NCBI GenBank assembly: GCA_965200965.1
Contig: OZ241744.1
Coordinates: forward strand, 2,816,001-2,880,000
Source: an uncultured Candidatus Binatia bacterium
Lineage (GTDB): Bacteria; Desulfobacterota; Binatia; Bin18
Reading direction: 5' to 3'
DNA: 64,000 nucleotides
Made by a program: the position numbers and the translations under genes. Under the pieces are notes generated by a model. The model saw only the letters and a program-made list of their open reading frames with translations. It had not been told where the DNA came from and did not search any database. Shown here piece after piece: positions 55,715 through 64,000 of this stretch (positions are counted from its first letter, which is position 1; every line of letters begins with the position of its first letter).

Positions 55715-55846
55715 CCGTACAGAGCGTTGTGAGTGCGGCAATCCGCGCCGACAGGCCGTCGTAGACGCCGGGGGCGGTGATGAGACCGCCGCGACTGAGC
55801 AGGGCGCGAAGCTGGCCCGGGCCTTGGCTGGTGTGCGGGATGGCTA
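55715..55846 (-). pseudogene. Remnant of an isocitrate lyase/PEP mutase family gene
   Basis: LRALLSRGGLITAPGVYDGLSARIAA matches the family N-terminus; the rest is missing. Confidence 0.75.
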
Positions 55847-57358
55847 TGCTCGCTGCTCGCGGGCGGACCGGGCCGCGTGCGTTCCGGCCAGCCGGCCAAA
55901 GACCGCCCCGCGCATGAGGCCGGCCCCGCCCGGATAGTTGTGATAGAAGAATCCGCCCGTCATTTCGCCGCTGGCGAACAGGCCCGGAATCGGCCGCCCG
56001 AGCTGATCGACGACCGCGGCGTCGGTGCTGATCCGAATCCCGCCGAAGGTGAAGGTGATGCCGAGGCTGACCGCGCAGGCGCAAAACGGCGGCGTCTCAA
56101 TGCGGGTGGCCCAGTTGGTTTTGTCGGGCCGCAAGCCCCGGGTGTGCTTGCCGTCCAGCCTGTCGGGGTTGAAATCGCCGTCTTGCACCGCGGCGTTATA
56201 GGCCCCAAGCGTGGCCAGGAAGCCGGCTTTGCGAAAGCCGAGATGGCCGTAGCGTCGCTCAATGCCGTCGGCCAGGCCGGCCAGGCTGTCGGCCACCACC
56301 GGCGTGGCGGTGCTGTAGCGCGTCTCTAGCAGCGGCGTGGTCGTCCGGTCAAAGACCTGAAAAACGGTCGCCCTGGGCTGGCCAAGAATCTCCCGGCCCA
56401 TTTTGGCGTAGGTGTACAGCGTAGAATCCTCGCCCTCGTCAACAAAGCGTTCGCCGTCAAGGTTCACCATCACCGAGAAGGGATAGGACAGGCGGTTGGT
56501 CTTGTCGGTCAGCCGCAACTCGCCGTAGCTTGGCGCGTCGGCGTCAATTGGCGTGGCGTGACAGCCGGCCCATTCGCCGGAGCGCTGGGCACCGATGTCG
56601 AGCGCCTGGCGAATCATCTCACCGGTATTAAAGCGTGTGCCGCGAACCTTGACCAGGCTCCAGCTCGGACCCAGGTAGGCCGTTCGCATGGCGGGGCTGG
56701 CCTGAAACCCGCCGCTGGCCAGCACCAGCGCCCGGCAGGCCAGGGTGCGGACGCCCTCAGGTCCGCGCACCTCAAGACCGCGCACCCGTCCGCCCGGGCC
56801 GGTCACAATCCGTCCGGCCTTGGTTTCGTACAGCACCGGAATATCAGCCTCGTCGGCCAGCCCGAAGAGCGTACTGGACAGCGCCCTGCCCTCGCCCTTG
56901 GCGCGGAGCGCCCCGCCCCGCGACAGCCTGAGCTTTGCCGCGCCGGCCAGCCTGACCGCTCCCACCGCCCGGCTGAATTCCCACGCCACCCCCAGGTCGG
57001 CCATCCAGCGCACGGTATCATACGACCGATCGACCAAGGTCCGACTCAGCGCCGGGTCGGTCCGCCCCCCGCTTACCCGCTCCAAGTCGCGCAGATAGTC
57101 TTCACGGGTGTAGGGCTCGAGCGACACGGCGCTGGGATCATCGTTGTCCCGGACCACCGCGACCAGTTCTTCGAGGCTGTTATACACGCAGCGGAACACG
57201 CCGCCGGTAAAGCGCGTGTTGCCGCCCCGGAGTTTGTGGCTGGCCTTCTCCAGCACGACAACCCGGGCACCTTCGGCGCGGGCGGCCAGCGCCGCGGTCA
57301 ACGCCGCGTTGCCCGCCCCGACCACGATGACATCAAACGCTTCGTCTGTACGCGGCAC
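55844..57358 (-). CDS. FAD-dependent oxidoreductase, TcuA (tricarballylate dehydrogenase)-like
   Basis: DVIVVGAGNAA, GGNTRFTGG, LASGGFQ, GITFTFGG, NYPGGAGL. GTG start follows AGGAGG. Confidence 0.88.
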   Translation of the reverse strand: MPRTDEAFDVIVVGAGNAALTAALAARAEGARVVVLEKASHKLRGGNTRFTGGVFRCVYNSLEELVAVVRDNDDPSAVSLEPYTREDYLRDLERVSGGRTDPALSRTLVDRSYDTVRWMADLGVAWEFSRAVGAVRLAGAAKLRLSRGGALRAKGEGRALSSTLFGLADEADIPVLYETKAGRIVTGPGGRVRGLEVRGPEGVRTLACRALVLASGGFQASPAMRTAYLGPSWSLVKVRGTRFNTGEMIRQALDIGAQRSGEWAGCHATPIDADAPSYGELRLTDKTNRLSYPFSVMVNLDGERFVDEGEDSTLYTYAKMGREILGQPRATVFQVFDRTTTPLLETRYSTATPVVADSLAGLADGIERRYGHLGFRKAGFLATLGAYNAAVQDGDFNPDRLDGKHTRGLRPDKTNWATRIETPPFCACAVSLGITFTFGGIRISTDAAVVDQLGRPIPGLFASGEMTGGFFYHNYPGGAGLMRGAVFGRLAGTHAARSAREQRA

Positions 57359-57511
57359 GCGCTCGTCCTCCTGTCTTGATCCTCCCCCGGCCAACTACAC
57401 TGTTTCCGGCCCTGCATCAACACGCTTGGGTGACGGAGGCTTGACCCGGGCGTGTTGAGTAGCGTACAGGAGGAGAAAGCGATTGCCGCCTGACACACAA
57501 GGAGGGTTGTT

Positions 57512-58042
57512 ATGGCACGACCGAGAGGAATGTCCCATGTAGCGCTCTGCGCCCGCGACTTTGACCGCTCGCTGCACTTCTACCGTGATCTGCTCGGCTT
57601 CAAGGTTGCTCAGGAGGGCACCAACGTCGAGGGTCGGGGCGAGGATGCGGGCATCTACCGGGTCAAAAACCGCAAGGTGCGCTTTGCCACCCTGCGCTAT
57701 GGCGCGGCAAAAAAAGGGCCATACGGCATGACCGAAGACGCCCCGATTGTGGTCATCATCGCCCCTGAAGGCAAGCCGCCGACCGGACGCAGCATCAAGG
57801 TTGACCAGGTCGGCATCTCGCACATCGGCTTCTGGGTCAAAGGGCTGAACGCGATGTATACCGACCTCAAGGCCAGGGGGGTGACATTTGCCGCCGCCCC
57901 GCACGTCCTGGCCCGGACCAAAGAGGGCACAATCCGCAGCGCGTTTGCCGAAGACCCGGACGGCATTCTGATCCAGCTTGACGAAATGATACCGGCCAGG
58001 AAGACCGCCTCAGCGCGGGCCGCCCAGGCGCGGTTCAGCTAG
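57512..58042 (+). CDS. VOC (glyoxalase) family protein
   Basis: SHVAL..RSLHFYRDLLGF, SHIGFWV, EDPDGILIQL. Confidence 0.9.
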   Translation: MARPRGMSHVALCARDFDRSLHFYRDLLGFKVAQEGTNVEGRGEDAGIYRVKNRKVRFATLRYGAAKKGPYGMTEDAPIVVIIAPEGKPPTGRSIKVDQVGISHIGFWVKGLNAMYTDLKARGVTFAAAPHVLARTKEGTIRSAFAEDPDGILIQLDEMIPARKTASARAAQARFS

Positions 58043-58122
58043 CGAAACTCGGGCATGACTTCCTGGGCGAAGACCTCCAGCCCGCGCGTGGCCCGGGCCG
58101 GGTCACGCGCCCCGGCGTGCAT
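58039..58122 (-). CDS. Severed 27-aa C-terminal fragment of the LLM gene, with its own RBS
   Basis: MHAGARDPARATRGLEVFAQEVMPEFR* is a typical LLM C-terminus, preceded by AGGAGGAG from the insert. Confidence 0.7.
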   Translation of the reverse strand: MHAGARDPARATRGLEVFAQEVMPEFR

Positions 58123-58124
58123 AT

Positions 58125-58729
58125 GGTGCTCCTCCTCTCCCCATCTGCACACCCCGAATAAGTCAAGTCTCAGAGAGACTCAACAACTCCTCGACTGAAT
58201 CGTGCTTGCCGCCTTGGCTTTCCAATTCAGGATTGACCGGCAAGCCTAGGGTCGAGAGGACGATCTTGTGGAACAGGACGTTGATCTCCTGCTTGGCCTT
58301 GATCCCTGCGCCATTCCGCCGGCCGTCATACTTGCCTGGTTTGGCCTTGTTCCGCCCGCGTTTCTTCATATCCGCCATGTTCTCGGACTGGCGGATTTTA
58401 TTCAGGTGGGTTATCTGGCAGCAGCTTGGCTCGTCGCAGTCGTGACCGATGACATAGCCTTCTAGTTCCTTGCCCCAAACGCTGTTCCCGTTCATCACGG
58501 CGTAACGGAGCCTGTGAAAGTAGGTGTTGCCCTTACTCCCGTCCGCCCGTGGAACGCACTGGACGATTTTGTAGCCAGTCTTGTTGATTTCCAAATCAGG
58601 GATTATGCAGTCGCCAGGAAGGTTTTTGTATTCATCTCCTGGCGGCTTGGGCTGTTCGACCGCTGTTGCCATAAACCAGTCAACGATCTCGGCCTCGCTC
58701 ATGTTCGGTGGACGCTTTTTCCTAGGCAT
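58125..58729 (-). mobile_element. 605-bp HNH cassette inserted in the LLM gene
   Basis: Removing it restores TTC TAT ATG CAC (F-Y-M-H) in frame. Lower GC than the flanks; 2-bp AT ambiguity at the ends. Confidence 0.82.
58163..58729 (-). CDS. Phage-type HNH (His-Cys zinc-loop) endonuclease
   Basis: GY...FHRLRYAVMNG...GHDCDEPSCCQITHL...ENMADMKKRGR pattern. Confidence 0.8.
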   Translation of the reverse strand: MPRKKRPPNMSEAEIVDWFMATAVEQPKPPGDEYKNLPGDCIIPDLEINKTGYKIVQCVPRADGSKGNTYFHRLRYAVMNGNSVWGKELEGYVIGHDCDEPSCCQITHLNKIRQSENMADMKKRGRNKAKPGKYDGRRNGAGIKAKQEINVLFHKIVLSTLGLPVNPELESQGGKHDSVEELLSLSET

Positions 58730-59681
58730 AGAAGGCCACCTGCTCTATACCGAACTCGTCCCGCAGCTCGGCCAGCCGCCGTCGGCAGTCCTGCGGGCTG
58801 CCGACAAGCGCCCGCTCCTCCACATGCTCGGGCAGGGATTGGACCAGGTCCAGGAAGGCTTTGAGCGGGTCGCCCGAGCGGAGTTGGGCCACCGCCTCGG
58901 GCGGGATAAACGACGAGATCAGGCGGACATAGTTGCGGGTGCAGGCTTGGGCTTCGGCCATCGCCCGCTGGCGGTCGTGGTCCACAAACAGAAAAAAGAT
59001 AAAGGTGGCCTGTCGGCCGCGGTGGCCGTGCTCTTTGAGCAGGCCGCGGTAGCGTTCAACCCGGCGGCGGACCTCGGGGTGCGGGGCGGACAGCCAGGGC
59101 ACGACAAAGGCGTTGTCGCCGGCCGCCGCGGCCGCCTCAAAGGACTCCAGGCTGAGCGTACCGCGGTAGATCGGCGGGTGGGGTTTCTGGACCGGCTTGG
59201 GCGACAGGGCCAGCTCTGGGACCTGCCAGAAGCGGCCCTGGTAGGAAAAACGGTCGTGGGTCCAGGCGTGGCGGATAATCGCCAGGGCTTCTTCGTAGCG
59301 GGCCTGACTCTCCTGCGGTGGCACCCCGAAGCCCTCGAAATGTTTGGGGATGATGCCGCGTCCGACCCCGAAGTCGAGGCGGCCGTCGCTCAGAATGTCG
59401 AGCATGGCGAAGTCCTCGGCTTTGCGGAGCGGGTTTTCAAACGGCAGCAGGCTGATGGCGGTACCCAGCCGCAGGCGTGTGGTCTGCCGAGCCAGGGCGG
59501 TCAGAAAGAGTTGCGGGCTGGGACAGATGCCGAAGGCGTAAAAGTGCTCCTCGCCCAGCCAGACCGAGTCAAACCCGAGTTGTTCGGAACGGAGAATCAG
59601 GTCAAGGGTGTCCTGATAATAGCGGACCTCGTTCTGGCGGTCCTGGAAAAAGTCAAACAGAGAGAACAGCCCGAATCTCAT
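58722..59681 (-). CDS. LLM class oxidoreductase, N-terminal part (split by the HNH cassette)
   Basis: MRFGLF, GFDSVWLGEEHF, GRLDFGVGRG, PKPVQKPHPP; stops at QVAFYA* inside the insert. Confidence 0.9.
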   Translation of the reverse strand: MRFGLFSLFDFFQDRQNEVRYYQDTLDLILRSEQLGFDSVWLGEEHFYAFGICPSPQLFLTALARQTTRLRLGTAISLLPFENPLRKAEDFAMLDILSDGRLDFGVGRGIIPKHFEGFGVPPQESQARYEEALAIIRHAWTHDRFSYQGRFWQVPELALSPKPVQKPHPPIYRGTLSLESFEAAAAAGDNAFVVPWLSAPHPEVRRRVERYRGLLKEHGHRGRQATFIFFLFVDHDRQRAMAEAQACTRNYVRLISSFIPPEAVAQLRSGDPLKAFLDLVQSLPEHVEERALVGSPQDCRRRLAELRDEFGIEQVAFYA

Positions 59682-59692
59682 ACTGCTTCCTT

Positions 59693-61366
59693 TCAGAACA
59701 TGCCCGAAATTTTGCCCTCCGCGTCCATTTTCATGCCACAGGCGGCCGGCTGAGCGGCCAGGCCCGGCATGGTCAGCATGTTTCCGGTCAGCGGCACACA
59801 GAAACCCGCCCCGGCCGACAGGCGAATCTCACGCACCGACAGGGTAAAGTCCCGCGGACGACCGTAGCGTTTGGGATCGTCGGACAGCGACATCTGGGTC
59901 TTGGCTATGCAGACCGGAAGGTGGCTGTAGCCGAGTTCGTCTATCTGTTTGAGGTCGGCCCGGGCGCGCGGCAGCAGGCTAATATCCGCGGCACCGTAGA
60001 TCGTGTGGGCGATGGTGCGAAGTTTGTCCGCAATCGGCATGTCTGAGGAATACAGAAAGCGCGGCTCGGGCGGGTCTGGCCGACACGCCTCGACAATCGT
60101 TTCGGCCAGGGCCAAGCCGCCCTCTCCGCCCTGGCCGAACACATCAATGACCGTGGCCGCCGCGCCCAGGGCCTGGCACTCGTCTACAATCAGATGCAAT
60201 TCGTCCGGGCTGTCGGACGCAAAGCGGTTGACCGCAATGACCGGCTGGAGACCATAGGCGCGGACGCTCTCGGCGTGTTTGCCCAGATTATCCATGCCGG
60301 CCTTGAGGCTGCCCAGGTCGGGCCTTGTCACCTCGGCGACGGGCGTGCCGCCGTGCATTTTGAGCGCTTTGGCGGTAGCCACGAGCACCACCACCGACGG
60401 CCAGATACCGGCCTCGCGGCACTTGATATCGAGAAACTTCTCGCCGCCCAGATCAAAACCGAAGCCGGCTTCAGTGACCACATAGTCGGCGTACTGCAAG
60501 GCCATGCGGGTCGCCAGCACACTGTTGCAGCCGTGGGCAATGTTGGCAAACGGGCCGCCGTGGACAAAGGCCGGGACGCCTTCGACGGTCTGCACCAGGT
60601 TCGGCTTCAGGGCGTCTCTGAGGATGATCGCCATCGCGTCGGGTGCGCGGACATCGCCGGCCAGGACCGGTTTGCGCTGCCGGGTAAAGCCGACCACAAT
60701 CCGTGACAAGCGCTCAAGGAGGTCGGCCGGGCCGCTGCTCAGCGACAGAATGGCCATGATTTCAGACGCGGCGGTGATATCAAAGCCGTCTTCACGCGGC
60801 ACGCCCATCAGCCGCCCGCCCAGCCCCAGGACGATCTGACGCAGCGCCCGGTCGTTCATATCCATGACCCGTCGCCAGCGGACCTGGCGCACATCGCAGT
60901 CGGTCTGGCTGTGAAACAGGGCGTTATCGAGCATGGCGGCCAACAGATTATGGGCCGAGGTGACGGCGTGTATGTCGCCGGTGAAGTGCAGATTGATGTC
61001 CTCCATCGGCAGCACTTGCGAGCGGCCGCCGCCACAGCCGCCGCCTTTGACGCCGAAGACCGGCCCCATTGAGGGCTCGCGGACGGCCACCGCGGCGTTT
61101 TTGCCCAAGCGCGCCAGGGCCTGGCCGAGGCCGATGGTGGTGGTGGTCTTTCCTTCGCCCGCGGGGGTTGGCGTCATTGCGGAAACGAGAATGAGGCGGC
61201 CCTGGGGTTGGGAGGCGGCCGTGGACAAGGCTTCAAGCCCGACCTTGGCTTTGACCCGACCGTAGAGTTCGAGGTGTTCAGGGGGAAGGGATAAGCCGGC
61301 CGCAATCTCCTCAATCGGTTTGAGGGTCACGGCTTGGGCCACAGCCAGATTCTGCTCACGGCTCAT
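59693..61366 (-). CDS. fhs: Formate--tetrahydrofolate ligase
   Basis: TPAGEGKTTT, INLHFTGDIHA, HGGPFANIAHG, VTEAGFGFDLG, IAKTQMSLSD. Confidence 0.97.
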   Translation of the reverse strand: MSREQNLAVAQAVTLKPIEEIAAGLSLPPEHLELYGRVKAKVGLEALSTAASQPQGRLILVSAMTPTPAGEGKTTTTIGLGQALARLGKNAAVAVREPSMGPVFGVKGGGCGGGRSQVLPMEDINLHFTGDIHAVTSAHNLLAAMLDNALFHSQTDCDVRQVRWRRVMDMNDRALRQIVLGLGGRLMGVPREDGFDITAASEIMAILSLSSGPADLLERLSRIVVGFTRQRKPVLAGDVRAPDAMAIILRDALKPNLVQTVEGVPAFVHGGPFANIAHGCNSVLATRMALQYADYVVTEAGFGFDLGGEKFLDIKCREAGIWPSVVVLVATAKALKMHGGTPVAEVTRPDLGSLKAGMDNLGKHAESVRAYGLQPVIAVNRFASDSPDELHLIVDECQALGAAATVIDVFGQGGEGGLALAETIVEACRPDPPEPRFLYSSDMPIADKLRTIAHTIYGAADISLLPRARADLKQIDELGYSHLPVCIAKTQMSLSDDPKRYGRPRDFTLSVREIRLSAGAGFCVPLTGNMLTMPGLAAQPAACGMKMDAEGKISGMF

Positions 61367-61461
61367 GCGGGTGCTTCCTTTCAGGTGTCTCTGGTCTCTG
61401 CCGCGGGATTGTCCACCCGCAAGCAAAGGCTTGTCAAGAAGACGGCGCGTGATATATACAC

Positions 61462-61510
61462 AGGAGCGAAGGTGTCGCCTTCCGGGCGATCTGATGACAC
61501 GTTCACTCCT
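61462..61510. repeat. 49-bp palindromic element, intergenic
   Basis: AGGAGCGAAGGTGTCGCCTTCC...GACACGTTCACTCCT. Confidence 0.85.
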
Positions 61511-61562
61511 TGGGCCGCCTGTCCCAGTGGGAAGAAGTGCGGGGCGGTTTGTCGGAGGAAGC

Positions 61563-62588
61563 ATGACAGCGGCACAGGGCGACTCGCATCGCCTACGCAA
61601 TCTGGCCCTCAGTCTGGTCGTCAGCGGCGGTTTTCTATACCTGGCCTTTCGGAATGTCGAACTCGACGAGTTGGGCCGGGCGCTGGCCCGGGTGGACGGC
61701 GGCTGGCTGCTGGTGGCGGTCGTCGTCAGCCTGCTCATCATGGTGTTTCGCGCTTGGCGCTGGCAGCTGGAGTTGTGGCCGCTGGAGCGCGTGCCGCTCG
61801 GCCGCCTGTGGGTCATCTCGTCGGTTGCCTATCTGGCCATCAACCTGCTGCCGGTCCGGCTGGGCGAGGTTGTCCGCCCCTGGCTGCTTTCGCGTCGCTC
61901 AAGCGTGTCCTTCTCGAATGTGGTCGGCAACCTGGTGGTGGAGAAAACGGTCGATCTCGTGGTGGTGGTGGTGTATATTCTGGTCGGGCTGCTGACGGTT
62001 GGTGCCCTCCCTCAGTGGGTGCGCCAACTGGCGCTGTTTCCCGCGGGGGTGGCCGCGGTCCTGGTCAGCCTGGTGCTGCTGTTCTGGTGGAAAGGCGAGG
62101 TGTTTGTTGAGCGCTGGGTGCTGCGGGTCCTGCCCCGGAGCTTTGGCGGGCGTCTCAGAGTGATCCTGGCCTCGGTTGCCGAGGGCATGAAGGTCATTCC
62201 CAACACGGGCCTCCTGCTGGCGGTGTTCGCAGTCTCGCTGGCGCTGTGGTTTCTGCCCATTGTGTCGAGCTACATCATGATCCGCGCCTTTGAGTTGGAC
62301 GCGCCGTTCAGCGCCGCCCTGGTGGTGTTTATTTTTATCGGCTTTGGCACCGCGCTGCCCAATCTGCCCGGCATGATCGGGCCCTACCAATATGCCTGTC
62401 AGTTGGCGCTGGGTCTGTTCGGGGTCAGTCAGGTGGACGGTCTGGCCTATGGTCTGGTGCTGAACGCCGTCCAGTTTCTGACCCTTGTGGCCCAGGGGTT
62501 ATGCGCCCTGCCCATTGCCGGCGTGCGCTTTGCCGATATTCGGAAGGCCGGCGATGAGGTTAAATTGGAAGGGGCGGCAGCCAGGTAG
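61563..62588 (+). CDS. Lysylphosphatidylglycerol synthase TM / flippase-like (UPF0104) membrane protein
   Basis: RAWRW, NLLPVRLGEVVR, VEKTVD, PGMIGPYQ; many TM helices. Confidence 0.88.
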   Translation: MTAAQGDSHRLRNLALSLVVSGGFLYLAFRNVELDELGRALARVDGGWLLVAVVVSLLIMVFRAWRWQLELWPLERVPLGRLWVISSVAYLAINLLPVRLGEVVRPWLLSRRSSVSFSNVVGNLVVEKTVDLVVVVVYILVGLLTVGALPQWVRQLALFPAGVAAVLVSLVLLFWWKGEVFVERWVLRVLPRSFGGRLRVILASVAEGMKVIPNTGLLLAVFAVSLALWFLPIVSSYIMIRAFELDAPFSAALVVFIFIGFGTALPNLPGMIGPYQYACQLALGLFGVSQVDGLAYGLVLNAVQFLTLVAQGLCALPIAGVRFADIRKAGDEVKLEGAAAR

Positions 62589-62607
62589 GGGGAACCGCAT
62601 GACGCCT

Positions 62608-63276
62608 CTACTGTTGACAAGCAGTGAACGTGTCATCCAATCGACCGGAAGGCGACCCGTTCACTCCTCGCGGCGCGGCCCGTCGGGCGTACAGGAAAAA
62701 CCGGAGCCGCAGACCCATCGCCAGCAGCAGATAGGCCAGCCACAGGCCGAGCAGGCCACGCTCAACGAGACCCGGCAGGAGTTGCTGGCCGAGGGCCGTA
62801 TGCAGCCCCAGTGCGCCGGTCCCGATAAAATTGAGAATCCCCGCCCAATGGCCAACGGGATTGGACACCAGCACGACACTGGTATCGCGGTCTGACAGCA
62901 GCCAGGAGTCGAGCACATACTGGCCGAAGGCTACGGCCACGCCGGCTGGAATCCACCACGGCAGCGTGCCCAGGTAGACCAGATAGCCGAGCGTTACCAG
63001 CAGAAAGCTGATATCGGCCAGGTTATCGAACATTTTCCCCCGCTCGGAACTCAGCCCCAGCGTCCGGGCGACCGGACCGTCGTAATAGTCAGTGGCACAG
63101 ATCAGGACAAACAGGCCGGCCACCAGCCCGGCATTGCCCACACTTGGCCGCCGCCACCCGGTGTCAACAGCGTACACAAAAAGCGGGGTCAGGAGCAGCC
63201 GCAGAGCGGTCAGCGCATGGGCAAAGTTGAACGGCCGCCGGTCGGGAAAAACGTTGACAGAATGCCTCGTTGCCAT
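62608..63276 (-). CDS. CDP-alcohol phosphatidyltransferase family protein
   Basis: LTALRL and TDYYDGPVAR...GKMFDNLAD signature. Confidence 0.9.
   Translation of the reverse strand: MATRHSVNVFPDRRPFNFAHALTALRLLLTPLFVYAVDTGWRRPSVGNAGLVAGLFVLICATDYYDGPVARTLGLSSERGKMFDNLADISFLLVTLGYLVYLGTLPWWIPAGVAVAFGQYVLDSWLLSDRDTSVVLVSNPVGHWAGILNFIGTGALGLHTALGQQLLPGLVERGLLGLWLAYLLLAMGLRLRFFLYARRAAPRGVNGSPSGRLDDTFTACQQ
62620..62668. repeat. 49-bp palindromic element forming the C-terminal codons of the phosphatidyltransferase
   Basis: AGCAGTGAACGTGTC...GACCCGTTCACTCCT. Confidence 0.85.
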
Positions 63277-63427
63277 CCCTCCAGTGTAGACGGGAGGGGT
63301 GGGAAACGGAACGGCCGCGCGGATAAATGGGCAGCTGGAGACGCGCCTGTTGGCCTTGCTCGGGGCATTGTCCCTGACTATGATTGGTCAAAACTCGTTC
63401 GAGACCCGGCGGATACAGGGGAACGAA

Positions 63428-64000
63428 ATGGCGAATTGGGACGCAGACTCAGTGAGACAAGTCCTCAAAGAGAAGGGTTGGTTCGATTCCGAGCGAGAAA
63501 TCGAGCACGCTGTCCAGTTCACACTGACCGATGGAACCACCAAGGTCAATTGCTACCGCACCGGTCGGATCCAAGTGCAGGGAAAAGATACGTCAGTCAA
63601 GGAGGAGGCAAGCACGGTATGTCATCACCGCCTCCTACTCACCGAGACACGCCGGGGAAAAGATACGTCAGTCAAGGAGGAGGCAAGCACGGTATGTCAT
63701 CACCGCCTCCTACTCACCGAGACACGCCGGGGAAAAGATACGTCAGTCAAGGAGGAGGCAAGCACCCTGTTTGCCGCTTCCTCTGCGCTATCCAAGGCCG
63801 CCGTTTCGAGGGGAACCACCCCCGGTGCTCAAGAAGCAGCCCCTAGGCGTGTGTTCATCGTCTATGGACATGACATCCAAGCGCGAGAACAGCTTGAACT
63901 TCTCCTTCGCCGCCTCAGGCTGGATCCGATCGTGCTTCAGAACATTCCTGGTGGTGGCGACACAATCATCGAAAAGCTCGAAGTACTGACGGACGCCGAT
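63428..64000 (+). CDS. TIR-like domain protein (CAP12/Pycsar-effector-type), 3'-truncated by the window
   Basis: Absent from the ORF track (no stop in the window). Reads MANWDADS...VNCYRTGRIQVQGK...RVFIVYGHD..REQLELLLRRL.LDPIVLQN..GGDTIIEKLE. Confidence 0.85.
   Translation, partial: MANWDADSVRQVLKEKGWFDSEREIEHAVQFTLTDGTTKVNCYRTGRIQVQGKDTSVKEEASTVCHHRLLLTETRRGKDTSVKEEASTVCHHRLLLTETRRGKDTSVKEEASTLFAASSALSKAAVSRGTTPGAQEAAPRRVFIVYGHDIQAREQLELLLRRLRLDPIVLQNIPGGGDTIIEKLEVLTDAD
63580..63765 (+). repeat. 36-bp direct repeat x3 separated by an identical 39-bp insert x2
   Basis: GGGAAAAGATACGTCAGTCAAGGAGGAGGCAAGCAC at 63580, 63655 and 63730; period 75 bp, in frame. Confidence 0.95.

Noticed and set aside
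58125-58729. Group I/II intron or IS element
   Set aside because: No room for a ribozyme core, no transposase, no terminal inverted repeats.
59693-61816. 707-aa extended Fhs and extended starts for cas6e, the hydratase and SRAP
   Set aside because: The extensions overlap neighbouring genes. Family starts with RBS lie downstream.
62588-62596. GGGGGAACC matching the repeat end (similar near 63810)
   Set aside because: Only 8-9 nt and no stem; expected by chance.

Overview
GC-rich bacterial window. The gene content (three luciferase-like monooxygenases, a class III CoA-transferase, giant repetitive surface proteins) suggests a host-associated or marine lineage, but the taxon cannot be fixed from sequence alone. 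Left to right: (1) the end of an FGE-sulfatase / MotA-TolQ-ExbB / 2x VWA operon; (2) a type I-E CRISPR array (3954-17583, 28-bp repeat, about 224 repeats and 223 spacers) with a complete minus-strand cas3-cas8e-cas11-cas7-cas5-cas6e-cas1-cas2 set; (3) metabolic genes (CoA-transferase, msrP, LLMs, comM-like ATPase); (4) a ~20-kb tandem expansion of [beta-helix surface protein + coiled-coil membrane protein] units with poly-C tracts at the surface-protein starts; (5) SRAP, enoyl-CoA hydratase, TcuA-like and VOC genes, an LLM gene split by an HNH cassette, fhs, lipid genes and the start of a TIR-like (CAP12-type) gene. The strongest signals are two repeat-derived control elements inside the cas operon. 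One is a solo repeat with compensatory stem changes that holds the cas6e stop codon and the cas1 ribosome-binding site. The other is a divergent mini-array whose spacer matches, next to an AAT PAM, the promoter in front of a 69-codon ORF and cas8e. Also notable: an ATG-to-ATG HNH insertion that supplies a new RBS to the severed C-terminus of its host gene, 49-bp palindromes lying in frame in cas3, and spacer families repeatedly sampling the same conserved peptides. All counts and alignments were done by eye.
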